A stretch of DNA of 64,000 nt from Minisyncoccota bacterium (GTDB lineage: Bacteria; Patescibacteriota; Minisyncoccia; UBA6257; GWB1-50-10). The notes below the pieces were generated by a model that saw nothing but the letters and a program-made list of their open reading frames with translations, had not been told where the DNA came from and did not search any database. The stretch spans positions 40,920 to 104,919 of the forward strand of contig JAGVBB010000003.1 of the NCBI GenBank assembly GCA_020059915.1. The letters run 5' to 3'. The first letter of the stretch is position 1. The number at the start of each line of letters is the position of its first letter. Positions 27,684 through 36,433 of this stretch are shown here, piece after piece. The position numbers and the translations under genes were made by a program.

Positions 27684-28110
27684 TTTTGATAATTACACCG
27701 AGAAAGAATTGCGTGAACTTATCAAAATGATGCGCGAGACTATGAAACGTGCAAATGGTGTCGGTCTCTCTGCAAACCAGGTTGGTCTTCGTGAGCGATT
27801 TTTTGTTGCCGAGGCACCTGATAGCCAGGGACGGCAAAAATTTTATGCAGTCTTCAATCCAAAAATAACAAAATTCTCTGAAGAACTTTCAACGGTTGAA
27901 GAAGGATGTTTGAGTGTTCCTGAAATGTTTGGACCAACACCTCGCGCATATCGCGTGACACTGGAGGGACAGGATATAAAAGGAAAGAAGATAAAAATAA
28001 AAGCATGGGGGCTCCTTGCTAGAATCTTTCAACACGAGGTAGACCATTTAGATGGACACTTGTTTATTGATAGAACAAAAAGTGCACGAAAGATTCAGAT
28101 AAAGAAGTAA
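27571..28110 (+). CDS. def: peptide deformylase
   Basis: Motifs GVGLSANQVG, EGCLSVPE and HEVDHLDG. The alternative start at 27598 is also plausible. Confidence 0.85.
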   Translation: MENLRTKKKMNQKEVKPIVTIEEKKNETFLRKKTVPFNFDNYTEKELRELIKMMRETMKRANGVGLSANQVGLRERFFVAEAPDSQGRQKFYAVFNPKITKFSEELSTVEEGCLSVPEMFGPTPRAYRVTLEGQDIKGKKIKIKAWGLLARIFQHEVDHLDGHLFIDRTKSARKIQIKK

Positions 28111-28979
28111 TGCATATGTCATATATTTTCTTTGGCACTCCGGAATTTGCACAAATCGTTTTAAAGCATTTAATTGATGCGGGCCATGTTCCTATGGCGG
28201 TTGTGTGCAACCCTGATCGTCCAGTAGGAAGAAAAAAAATTATTACTCCCCCACCGGTAAAGCAATATGTACTTGGTTTATCTCCAGAAATTAGAAATTC
28301 AATACATATTATTCAACCAGAAAAATTAAAGGAAGTTGAAGAACAGTTAAAAGAAATTAAAACAGATTTATTTGTTGTTGCGGCGTATGCAAAAATAATT
28401 CCTCAATCAATTCTTGATTTGCCGACACATGGAACGGTTGGCGTCCATCCGTCACTTCTTCCAAAGTTACGTGGATCATCCCCAATTCAGTCGGCGATTT
28501 TAAACAATGAAACAGAAACAGGAGTTTCTCTATACTTTGTTGATAAGGATGTTGATCATGGTCCAGTTATTGAAGAAAAAGTATTAAAGGGATTTGATTT
28601 ATCAGTAATAACATATAAAGATCTTCATGATGTGCTTGCGCATCTCGGTGGAGCAATGCTTGCAGAGATTATTGCTCAATTAATGCGTGGAGAAAAACAA
28701 GGAATTGAACAAAATCATACCGAGGCGACACTCACCAAGAAATTTGTTTCTCAAGACGGGTTTGTTGATCATAACGATCTCCAACTTGCCATGCAGGGAG
28801 AAACAGAACGAGCACAAACCATTAACACAATGGTTCGCGCATTGAACCCAGAGCCTGGTGTGTATACGATAGTTAATGAAAAACGGATGAAGTTGCTACA
28901 AACAAAGATTGTTGATGGCAATCTCAAGCTCATGCGCATCCAAATGGAGGGTGGAGTCCCTCAGGATATGCGCTCTTAG
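28110..28979 (+). CDS. fmt: methionyl-tRNA formyltransferase
   Basis: N-terminal IFFGTPEFA and the formyltransferase core. Translationally coupled to def (ATGA overlap). Confidence 0.85.
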   Translation: MHMSYIFFGTPEFAQIVLKHLIDAGHVPMAVVCNPDRPVGRKKIITPPPVKQYVLGLSPEIRNSIHIIQPEKLKEVEEQLKEIKTDLFVVAAYAKIIPQSILDLPTHGTVGVHPSLLPKLRGSSPIQSAILNNETETGVSLYFVDKDVDHGPVIEEKVLKGFDLSVITYKDLHDVLAHLGGAMLAEIIAQLMRGEKQGIEQNHTEATLTKKFVSQDGFVDHNDLQLAMQGETERAQTINTMVRALNPEPGVYTIVNEKRMKLLQTKIVDGNLKLMRIQMEGGVPQDMRS

Positions 28980-29022
28980 AATTGACAAATTAATACATTT
29001 ATTATATTGTTAAGTTATTAGT

Positions 29023-30354
29023 ATGAATAGAAATGAAAAGGGGTTCCAGGGCTTTGGTATTGCACCAGCCATTTTGGAAGTACTTGCACGATTGAATTTC
29101 GTTACTCCAACACCTATACAGGAGCAAGCAATTATTCCCCTCCTACAAGGGAAAGATGTTATGGGTATTGCGCAGACTGGAACGGGAAAAACGCTTGCGT
29201 TTGGTATTCCGCTTGTCCAAAGTGCAATTCAAAAAAAAGGATTGTCGTTGGTGGTTGCTCCAACGCGTGAACTTGCAATACAAATTGATGAGGCAATTTC
29301 TGCTGTTGGAAAACCATTAGGACTAAAAACAGCAGTGCTTATTGGTGGTGAACCAATGGGAAAACAGTTGCGTCAACTTTCTCGAAATCCTGACATTATT
29401 ATCGGAACACCAGGGCGCATTGTTGATCACACAGAACAAAGAACTATTTCATTAGGAAATACAAAAATCCTTGTACTTGATGAAGCAGATAGAATGCTTG
29501 ATATGGGATTTGCTCCACAATTAAAAAGAATTCACGCACTCCTTCCTAAAGAACGGCAGACTATGTTATTTTCTGCGACTATGCCAGAATCAATATTTTC
29601 GATGGCACGCACATATTTGTCACTTCCTATTCGTGTTGAAGTTGCACCACAAGGAAGTACCGCAAAGGATGTTGCACAAGAAGTATTTTTTGTTCCTCAT
29701 GAAGACAAGCCACGACTTCTTGAAAAAATTCTTCAGGAGTATAGAGGTTCTGTGTTGGTGTTTGCGCGAACAAAATATGGAGCAAAGCGTATTGCATTTA
29801 TGGTCCGTGGATTTGGAAATCCAGCAGCTGAGATACATTCGAATAGATCACTCAATCAACGAAAAGAAGCGTTGCAAGGATTTAAAAATGGAACATATCG
29901 AGTGCTTGTTGCAACCGACATAGCAGCGCGTGGTATTGATGTAAAAAACATTGAGTTGGTAATCAATTATGATCTTCCAGAAAATGCAGAAGATTATGTA
30001 CACAGAATTGGACGAACGGGACGCGCGGGAGAAATTGGAAAAGCAATTTCATTTGCTCGACCAGACGAAAAGCGTGATGTTCGTGTTATTGAACATTTAA
30101 TTTCAAAGGAACTTCCTGTTTCAAAACTTCCTGAACTTCCTTCCGTCCACCCACTTCATAATATAAAAGAACGAGAAGAGCGACGATCGTTTTCTTCGGC
30201 GCGACCGCGAAGTTTTTCTTCTCGGGAACCTCGAACTACCAGTCGATCTGGAGGACGTTCGTTTTCGTCGCGATCAGGAAGCAGATCGTTTTCTCAGGAT
30301 AGAAAACAGGCACCATCAAGAAATGGCGTGAAACGCAGACGGTTCCGTCCATAA
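29023..30354 (+). CDS. DEAD-box ATP-dependent RNA helicase
   Basis: Q motif, AQTGTGKT, DEAD, SAT and HRIGRTGRAG. RS/RG-rich C-terminal tail. Confidence 0.9.
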   Translation: MNRNEKGFQGFGIAPAILEVLARLNFVTPTPIQEQAIIPLLQGKDVMGIAQTGTGKTLAFGIPLVQSAIQKKGLSLVVAPTRELAIQIDEAISAVGKPLGLKTAVLIGGEPMGKQLRQLSRNPDIIIGTPGRIVDHTEQRTISLGNTKILVLDEADRMLDMGFAPQLKRIHALLPKERQTMLFSATMPESIFSMARTYLSLPIRVEVAPQGSTAKDVAQEVFFVPHEDKPRLLEKILQEYRGSVLVFARTKYGAKRIAFMVRGFGNPAAEIHSNRSLNQRKEALQGFKNGTYRVLVATDIAARGIDVKNIELVINYDLPENAEDYVHRIGRTGRAGEIGKAISFARPDEKRDVRVIEHLISKELPVSKLPELPSVHPLHNIKEREERRSFSSARPRSFSSREPRTTSRSGGRSFSSRSGSRSFSQDRKQAPSRNGVKRRRFRP

Positions 30355-30358
30355 TTTT

Positions 30359-31030
30359 TTATAATTCAGTCACTGAGTCAACGAGAACGGTATCCTCGTT
30401 GATTTTTTTACCAATTACACGCACCCGTCTTCCTTGTTCGAATGATGGAATACATCGATCGGTTTCGTCCCCACATCTCCAGTTGGAAAAATCTAATGAC
30501 ATCAATAAAGCTGGTTTGCCTGGTTTTTCGTATACGAGTTGCCAGTCACCATTTCTTTCAATGATATTTCCTTCTTCTTCAAATTGGATCACTTCAGGTT
30601 GTTTTGGTTCATCTCCACAAATGACATCGTCTATCTTCCAGATTGCGTTTTTGCGTACCAGCGATATTTTTATATCTTTCACGATAGTATCAAAATATTC
30701 ACGAACTCCAATTTCTGCGGTTGTATCCCCTGTTTTTATAGGAAATATTTCAAAACTTTTTGGAAAATGTTGGGCACAGAGTATTGGGTCATAATTTTTT
30801 TGTTCCGGGGACGAGATAATAGTTTTTATCTTATCCTTAAAGCTATCGGAGAGCATGTTTGTCTGCTTATACGAATCGTCTGCAATCATATATTTCTTTT
30901 CAAGCCATGTGTTATAAAACTTTGAAACCAGTGCATCTGGTTTTGTTATTATTGCATTTGAGGCAATAAGAAATATAAGCACCACAAGAATAATAATTCC
31001 CGCTATGCCCACAATTACCGTTTTCTTCAT
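30359..31030 (-). CDS. hypothetical membrane-anchored protein
   Basis: N-terminal TM followed by a soluble domain. No recognised motif. Confidence 0.4.
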   Translation of the reverse strand: MKKTVIVGIAGIIILVVLIFLIASNAIITKPDALVSKFYNTWLEKKYMIADDSYKQTNMLSDSFKDKIKTIISSPEQKNYDPILCAQHFPKSFEIFPIKTGDTTAEIGVREYFDTIVKDIKISLVRKNAIWKIDDVICGDEPKQPEVIQFEEEGNIIERNGDWQLVYEKPGKPALLMSLDFSNWRCGDETDRCIPSFEQGRRVRVIGKKINEDTVLVDSVTEL

Positions 31031-31141
31031 ATTAAAAAGTATACTCCCATTTAGACGCAGTTTGAAATCTTTTTAATTGACTAAGGTCGATAAAAAATGT
31101 ATTATATTTCAGTTATTTCACAACTTAGAAAGGATAAGAAT

Positions 31142-31846
31142 ATGGGCAATAAAAACACAGAAATCAGAGAACGACTGATTTCAAAAGATGTTGTCACTCA
31201 GAAAGCGTTTGAGATACTTAATGTTCCTTATGATGGAAAAGAAACCTTCCATCTTGGAATGTTCCCCTTATCTGATGAAGCAGTTGATACATTGGAAAAT
31301 GCTGGATTCTGTTACGAGTCTGCCTTCAATAAATCAGAATACTTTATTTGGCACACAAAAGGAGAAGAATGGAAGGTACCACAAGATAAAGTTTTTTCGA
31401 TAAACGTAAAACTTTCATTTACCGCTTTTGGAATTTTACTCATCCCATATATTGATGGGTACGAGCATGCTGAACAAAGTCCAGAATTAGCGCGTGTTAT
31501 ATTTTTGGATAACATTCAAAATAACTCGGATAGCTATTCAAAGGCGGTTGTTGACGGAATACGATCAAAAGATTCTATTGCTCCCCTACTCCTGTATGCA
31601 ATGCTTGTAAGAAATATCATTTCTCTAAAAGAATTGTTTTATGGACATTTTGCAAACGGGTCGGAAATAATACTCAATCTTGCCAGTTCTTGCATTTCCC
31701 CATTTCGGGGATTACTTGATCCGACTCAGGATGGTTCTGATGTTCTCTTTGTTTCCCCAGATGATCAGAAAAAAATCTTAGATGTTTGGAAAAATAATTT
31801 CGGCCTGTTCTATGAACAAATAAAAATGTTCAATGCACTTATATAA
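31142..31846 (+). CDS. hypothetical protein
   Basis: Start reassigned to MGNKNTEIR at 31142. No recognised motif. The terminator hairpin aaaaacccccgaaagggggttt at 31846-31875 follows. Confidence 0.4.
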   Translation: MGNKNTEIRERLISKDVVTQKAFEILNVPYDGKETFHLGMFPLSDEAVDTLENAGFCYESAFNKSEYFIWHTKGEEWKVPQDKVFSINVKLSFTAFGILLIPYIDGYEHAEQSPELARVIFLDNIQNNSDSYSKAVVDGIRSKDSIAPLLLYAMLVRNIISLKELFYGHFANGSEIILNLASSCISPFRGLLDPTQDGSDVLFVSPDDQKKILDVWKNNFGLFYEQIKMFNALI

Positions 31847-31883
31847 AAACCCCCGAAAGGGGGTTTATTTTTATGGTAGTTTG

Positions 31884-32297
31884 TTATTGTAAGAATTTTC
31901 CTTCAGGTGGTGTTATTGAACCGTCTGGAATAGTCCATTTTTGTATACCTGATCCATCTTTCAACCCATATCCTCGTATCATGCCATCTTGATTGCAATT
32001 GAAATCGGCATTATATCCACCATTACGCATCATGGGTATGGAATTCCTAAAGTTATTTTGATATCCATATCCACTACGATGAGATCGTCCAAAGTCTCCT
32101 GTGTCAATCATGCTTTTAAATTCTCCGAGCTTAACACCCCCCATAAATACCGCCCAAAGAATGAGAAGTCCCAAAACCCAGCGGATTATATGGCAGGCCC
32201 TATGCATGCCGTTTGGGCCACACATCATCTTTCCTTTTTTACAGAACATGCAACACGACCCCGCATTTTCCATATTGTTATTTTTTTCGTCTGTCAT
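31884..32297 (-). CDS. hypothetical Cys-rich membrane protein
   Basis: Cys cluster CCMFCKKGKMMCGPNGMHRACH, then one TM and a Gly/Asn/Tyr-rich tail. Confidence 0.35.
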   Translation of the reverse strand: MTDEKNNNMENAGSCCMFCKKGKMMCGPNGMHRACHIIRWVLGLLILWAVFMGGVKLGEFKSMIDTGDFGRSHRSGYGYQNNFRNSIPMMRNGGYNADFNCNQDGMIRGYGLKDGSGIQKWTIPDGSITPPEGKFLQ

Positions 32298-32359
32298 ATA
32301 CCAATACTACGTATGTATTTGTTGGAATATTACACATGAACCAATGAAAGACATTTTTT

Positions 32360-32388
32360 AAAACCCCCACAGTGTGGGGGTTATTTTT
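32360..32388 (-). terminator. intrinsic terminator downstream of lexA
   Basis: aaacccccacagtgtgggggtt hairpin with a T-run on the minus strand. Confidence 0.5.
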
Positions 32389-33043
32389 ATAGTTTTGGTT
32401 TTTTGATAACCTGCACTACTTTTCCGTTAATCATATAATTGTCATTTTCGTGAATATAGATTGGTGGAAAATCCTGGCTTGAATCAGAGATAAGAATGAT
32501 CTGTTTGTTTTCCTCATCTTTGTGGAATCTTTTTATGTTTGCCATTCCATCAATAATTGAGAGGATAATATCGCCATTTTTTGGGTTCCTATCGGTGGTA
32601 TCTACAATGACATAGTCGCCATCTTCAATTTTCTTTTTATCAATGGTCGCACGGTTCATACTTGGACCCTTTACACGAATTGCAAACAACACATGTGATG
32701 CGGGACGAGGTTTTACGAGTGATTCAGAAATGCGAAGAAAGCCTTCAATATTTTCTTCTGCAATTGCTGTTGCGGGACCAGCACTTGCATATCCAAGAAT
32801 AGGGATCATGAGCAATCCGCCTTTTTGTTTTTTTGTTGGAGCATCCCATGTGTCTCGCGTGTTTTTAATAACACCATGCGCTTTATCGATATGGAGCAAT
32901 CCGCGTTTTTCCAATTGACCCATATGATGCTTTACCTTTTGTGGAGATGTTTCACCAATGAATGCGCCAATCTCACGCAATGAGAACATTGCAAGATTTT
33001 TTATTTTTGCGAGCTCCAATAATTTTTCTTGGATGGTGTGCAT
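32387..33043 (-). CDS. lexA: LexA-family repressor (S24 peptidase)
   Basis: N-terminal wHTH (LREIGAFIGETSPQKVKHHMGQLEKRGLL). C-terminal S24 domain with Ser-Lys dyad context (VKGPSMN ... K). Start reassigned to MHTIQ at 33043. Confidence 0.75.
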   Translation of the reverse strand: MHTIQEKLLELAKIKNLAMFSLREIGAFIGETSPQKVKHHMGQLEKRGLLHIDKAHGVIKNTRDTWDAPTKKQKGGLLMIPILGYASAGPATAIAEENIEGFLRISESLVKPRPASHVLFAIRVKGPSMNRATIDKKKIEDGDYVIVDTTDRNPKNGDIILSIIDGMANIKRFHKDEENKQIILISDSSQDFPPIYIHENDNYMINGKVVQVIKKPKL

Positions 33044-33056
33044 ATGTTTATATACA

Positions 33057-33071
33057 TAGTATATCATACTC
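33057..33071. promoter_or_regulatory. palindromic candidate operator at the lexA start
   Basis: ATATAC-TAT-GTATAT perfect 6-3-6 palindrome between the putative -10 and the ATG of lexA. Confidence 0.3.
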
Positions 33072-33211
33072 GCATAATACTTGACACTGTGGACAACTAA
33101 AACACAAGAAAACAAAAGACAGAATTAGTCAAAATGGGTTTAAAATTGACTACTCCCCCATTTAATGGTATTATCAATACATAATTCTTTAATAAAAAGT
33201 AGGAGGATATT

Positions 33212-33796
33212 ATGTCTGAAAACAAGGTGATCGCAATCAGCCAGTTTGCTCTTAGCCAATGGGGATGTCCGCATTGTGGATATCGCTCTGGATATATGCC
33301 AATACAGGTTGGTGGATCGGCAATGTGGATTTGTGGTGAGTGCCAGAAAAGATGTGCAGTTCTTGCAGATGGTATAACGAGATCAAAGATTGCAGTTGGT
33401 GCTCCCGCATACTATCCAGAATTACAGCCACACCCTTTAGAAGGAACTCCAAAACATGGAAGACCTGATAAAAAACCGGTTGGTGGTGGAGAATATTTTC
33501 GTTCTCGTGGTATTGGATTGGACGAAACGCCTGGATGCTTTGTTTGTGGTGGAAGTACAAAATTACATAGCAACATTGCTGCGTTTGTACAATGTAAAGA
33601 AGCTGGCGAACGAATCGTTAAAATGTTCGAAACAGGTGCGCGATTAGATTACCGGGAACATGAGCCAGACCGCATTCAGGTAAAAATAGGTGCTTGTGAT
33701 AAGCACTTTAGGAATCTTGAAATGCTCCATAATAAAACCTCAGAAACTGGTACTATTGTTGCAGAAATGATTTTCCGTTCAAAAACAGAAGTTTAA
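33212..33796 (+). CDS. hypothetical Cys-rich zinc-ribbon protein (divergent from lexA)
   Basis: CPHCG...CGEC and CFVCG...C...CDKH clusters. TTGACT-N17-TATTAT promoter at 33150-33180. No recognised family. Confidence 0.45.
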   Translation: MSENKVIAISQFALSQWGCPHCGYRSGYMPIQVGGSAMWICGECQKRCAVLADGITRSKIAVGAPAYYPELQPHPLEGTPKHGRPDKKPVGGGEYFRSRGIGLDETPGCFVCGGSTKLHSNIAAFVQCKEAGERIVKMFETGARLDYREHEPDRIQVKIGACDKHFRNLEMLHNKTSETGTIVAEMIFRSKTEV

Positions 33797-33826
33797 AAAA
33801 CTCCCCCGCTTTTGCGGGGGTTTTGT
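33795..33826 (+). terminator. bidirectional intrinsic terminator
   Basis: aaaactcccccgc-tttt-gcgggggttttgtt between convergent genes. Confidence 0.55.
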
Positions 33827-34176
33827 TAATCATATAAAGATCCATCAAGGAGTCCGAGTAGTTCTGCAAGAATTGCATATGCTTCTTTTTTGGTAAGCTT
33901 CATTTTTTCTTGGAGTTCCATCAGTACGAAACTATATATAGATTCGTAATATTGTGCCTGAAGAAGTTTTAAATTAGGACTGCTTATTAATTCTTCAATA
34001 GATATGCCATTTTGTTTTGCAATTAAGATATTGATGCTGGTCTCTTCGTTTGGTAATTTTTCTTCAAGTTTTGCTTTGATTTCTTCCCCAACTTTATTGA
34101 ATTCCTCGTCAGACATTCTTTGTTCAATACCATATAGTGCCAAAACCAGTTCCATTTTGTCATATGGAATATTCAT
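33826..34176 (-). CDS. hypothetical acidic protein
   Basis: Start reassigned to the ATG at 34176, preceded by an AGGAGGA SD. Helical, Glu-rich, no recognised motif. Confidence 0.4.
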   Translation of the reverse strand: MNIPYDKMELVLALYGIEQRMSDEEFNKVGEEIKAKLEEKLPNEETSINILIAKQNGISIEELISSPNLKLLQAQYYESIYSFVLMELQEKMKLTKKEAYAILAELLGLLDGSLYD

Positions 34177-34258
34177 ATTTTCCTCCTCTGCATAGTTATT
34201 AATGAATAATAAAAAAATACCGCTTTGTGTTGTTTTTGTCAAAGTTTATTTCACACAT

Positions 34259-34306
34259 ACATCCTATGAGTAGACTTTAGAGATTTAGTCTACTCATAGG
34301 ATGTAT
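34259..34306. repeat. perfect 18-bp inverted repeat (strong hairpin)
   Basis: acatcctatgagtagact-N10-agtctactcataggatgt, lying just upstream of the -35 of the 34176 gene. Confidence 0.6.
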
Positions 34307-34310
34307 GAAC

Positions 34311-34398
34311 TCAATTTTTAGGGGTAAGTGGATTCTTTTATCTGAGAGTGTGTATTCATTTTTAGGGGTAAGTGGATTCTTCCGTCTGAGGGTGATGT
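34311..34398. repeat. 2 x 44-bp tandem direct repeat
   Basis: tttttaggggtaagtggattctt... repeated twice, with divergence in the 3' third. Confidence 0.6.
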
Positions 34399-34811
34399 TA
34401 CCAATTTAATACAGTTACAGTAATTTGGAGGATGGTGGCAAAGTAGACCCAGAGAAGATATGGAATATTTATGAATACCACCCAGCGGGCTTTTGGCCAG
34501 ATGACCTTCATCGCCCAGATGAGTGTCCCCAGCACCAACAGAATATCAAGTGTTGCAAGTATGTTACTTTGCAATCCAAATTGGATGGGGGTGAACAATA
34601 CGTTGAACAAGGCATTCAAAAAAAATGGCAGAAAGACGCTCGTTTTATATTCCTTCTTCATATATTTCACGAGTACATACCCAAATGAAACAATGATCAA
34701 CACATACAACACCGTCCACACGGGACCAAATATCCATGATGGTGGCGCCCATGCCGGTTTTAACAATTCGCTATAATATGCGTAGTTTTCCATTACCTTC
34801 ATTATAATCAA
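34398..34811 (-). CDS. tspO: TspO/MBR-family tryptophan-rich membrane protein
   Basis: LKPAWAPPSWIFGPVWTVLYVLI matches the TspO signature. Four to five TM helices. Confidence 0.65.
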   Translation of the reverse strand: MIIMKVMENYAYYSELLKPAWAPPSWIFGPVWTVLYVLIIVSFGYVLVKYMKKEYKTSVFLPFFLNALFNVLFTPIQFGLQSNILATLDILLVLGTLIWAMKVIWPKARWVVFINIPYLLWVYFATILQITVTVLNW

Positions 34812-34892
34812 TTTTTATATTGACAATCTTTGACAAATCCCCGATTTATTGGTATTTTATTTACAACGTTAACAAATTATATTGGAGGAACA

Positions 34893-35402
34893 ATGGTTAA
34901 GGGCAAGAGGTTTTTTCGGCTTTCCATTGCTATTCAGGAACTATTTTTGTTGATTTCAGAGATGAATCATCTGAAGCAATCAAAGCAAACAGGCATCTTT
35001 GTATCCGTCTTCAACAAGGAAACAGGAGATGCTCTGATGGAGCAAACATTTGGATTACTCCATCTTGATCAGGAAGAATCATATAGAGTTTTTTGTCAGC
35101 AACGGGCATTTTGGCTTTTTAGCCATCCCGATGCAATTTGTTCTATTGAAAATGGCGAGGACGCATTTACTGGCGCTGTTTCAGGAAGAAAACATGTTGT
35201 TGCGGTTTCAGGACTTGATCCACATGACAATTCGGCAGTCGCCATTCTCATTTTGAGCCAGCTTGAAGATACACAAGAAGATCGCGATAAACGCGATGCA
35301 TATGTACGGATGTCAGAATGTTGGGATGATTTGTATATCATTCTTGATTTTCTTGCATGCGTACACAAGATGGATCTATTTGATCGGTTCAATGCAGTGT
35401 AA
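34893..35402 (+). CDS. hypothetical protein, paralog family member A
   Basis: Start at the ATG after GGAGG. Conserved core HPDAICSIENGEDAFTGAVSGRKHVVAVSGLDPHDNSAVAILIL is shared with 35441-35890 and 44472-45017. Confidence 0.5.
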   Translation: MVKGKRFFRLSIAIQELFLLISEMNHLKQSKQTGIFVSVFNKETGDALMEQTFGLLHLDQEESYRVFCQQRAFWLFSHPDAICSIENGEDAFTGAVSGRKHVVAVSGLDPHDNSAVAILILSQLEDTQEDRDKRDAYVRMSECWDDLYIILDFLACVHKMDLFDRFNAV

Positions 35403-35440
35403 TTCAATTTCATTCACACATACATATAGTAGGAGGATTC

Positions 35441-35890
35441 ATGAATGTAGAAGATGCAACCAAAACTGTTGAAGCATTTATTGCTCTCATTTCCAAAACA
35501 CTCAAACCATTTCCAACACAACGACGTTTTGTGCAGGTATACGACAAAGAAGAACAAAGAGTTGTTATCAGTATGGTCTTGGGAAGTGGAAATAAAAAGA
35601 ATGGACTTGATACAAAACAAAGAATGCTTGCATGGCTTTTGGAACACCCGGATGCTGTTGCTTCGGCAGAAAGTTGCGGAGACGCCCCCGATGGCGGAAT
35701 TTCAGGACGAAGATATATTGTTTTGGTTTCTGGTGGGTTCCCGATTGATAATTCGGCGCTTGCGATTTTATTATTCGCACAGATTGAACACGAGCCGGTG
35801 GATACCATCAATCGAGAAACCTATATTGAAAAAGCTGGATGTAAGGAAGAACTTAATTCATTGCTCAATTTTCTCGAAATTACGATATAA
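35441..35890 (+). CDS. hypothetical protein, paralog family member B
   Basis: AGGAGG SD. Core HPDAVASAESCGDAPDGGISGRRYIVLVSGGFPIDNSALAILLFAQIEHEP. The terminator accgcgcatgatgcgcggttttttt at 35897-35921 follows. Confidence 0.5.
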   Translation: MNVEDATKTVEAFIALISKTLKPFPTQRRFVQVYDKEEQRVVISMVLGSGNKKNGLDTKQRMLAWLLEHPDAVASAESCGDAPDGGISGRRYIVLVSGGFPIDNSALAILLFAQIEHEPVDTINRETYIEKAGCKEELNSLLNFLEITI

Positions 35891-35926
35891 CTATATACCG
35901 CGCATGATGCGCGGTTTTTTTATATA

Positions 35927-36391
35927 TTATTTCTTCTTTTTGAAAAACAGTTTTATTGAAAATGCGAGAAAGTGGATGATTTTATCCAATGCAGAACGAG
36001 CAAACAATTTTCTTCGTTTATATAGATATATAAAAATAAGGAGTGGCAATATAGTAACGAGTGGGTTGGTAAAAAAACCGATAACCACAATGATGCCATA
36101 CAACCACAGTGACCAACGCTTTTTTTGTTCAATACCATAGGCGGTGGCAACTGCAAGAATTCCGATGAACAATCGGAGAATATAAAATCCAAATTCTTCG
36201 GTATTTGGGCGGACCACATCCGCAAACACACTTCCCAAAATACTCAACCCTCCAATGAGGGTGAATAATGTTATGAGTCGAATAGGTGTGGGAAGTTTTA
36301 CGTGGGGCAATCCAACGTTCAATTCTTCGGCAACCTTATCAATTTCCCCTTCTTCGGTTTTTTCTTGGGCATTCGTGTTTTCCATGTACAT
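35927..36391 (-). CDS. hypothetical membrane protein
   Basis: 154 aa with 3-4 TM segments and a Lys-rich C-terminus. Confidence 0.4.
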   Translation of the reverse strand: MYMENTNAQEKTEEGEIDKVAEELNVGLPHVKLPTPIRLITLFTLIGGLSILGSVFADVVRPNTEEFGFYILRLFIGILAVATAYGIEQKKRWSLWLYGIIVVIGFFTNPLVTILPLLIFIYLYKRRKLFARSALDKIIHFLAFSIKLFFKKKK

Positions 36392-36433
36392 AACTATAAT
36401 CTAGAACGAAAAAAAATAAAAAGCGCTGTGTGT

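Noticed and set aside
29023-30354. RS/RG-rich C-terminal tail of the DEAD-box helicase as a separate feature
   Set aside because: Arg/Ser/Gly-rich tails are common in bacterial DEAD-box helicases (for example CshA/DeaD-like), so it was not treated as a novel element.
33044-33115. 24-aa N-terminal extension of LexA (MFSCVLVVHSVKYYASMIYYVYKH)
   Set aside because: The hydrophobic/aromatic run is unlike LexA N-termini and would bury the promoter and palindromic box. A start at MHTIQ gives a canonical ~218-aa LexA.
34311-34398. Possible CRISPR array
   Set aside because: There are only two repeat units. They are directly abutting with no spacer, and the repeat is partly degenerate. No cas genes are nearby.
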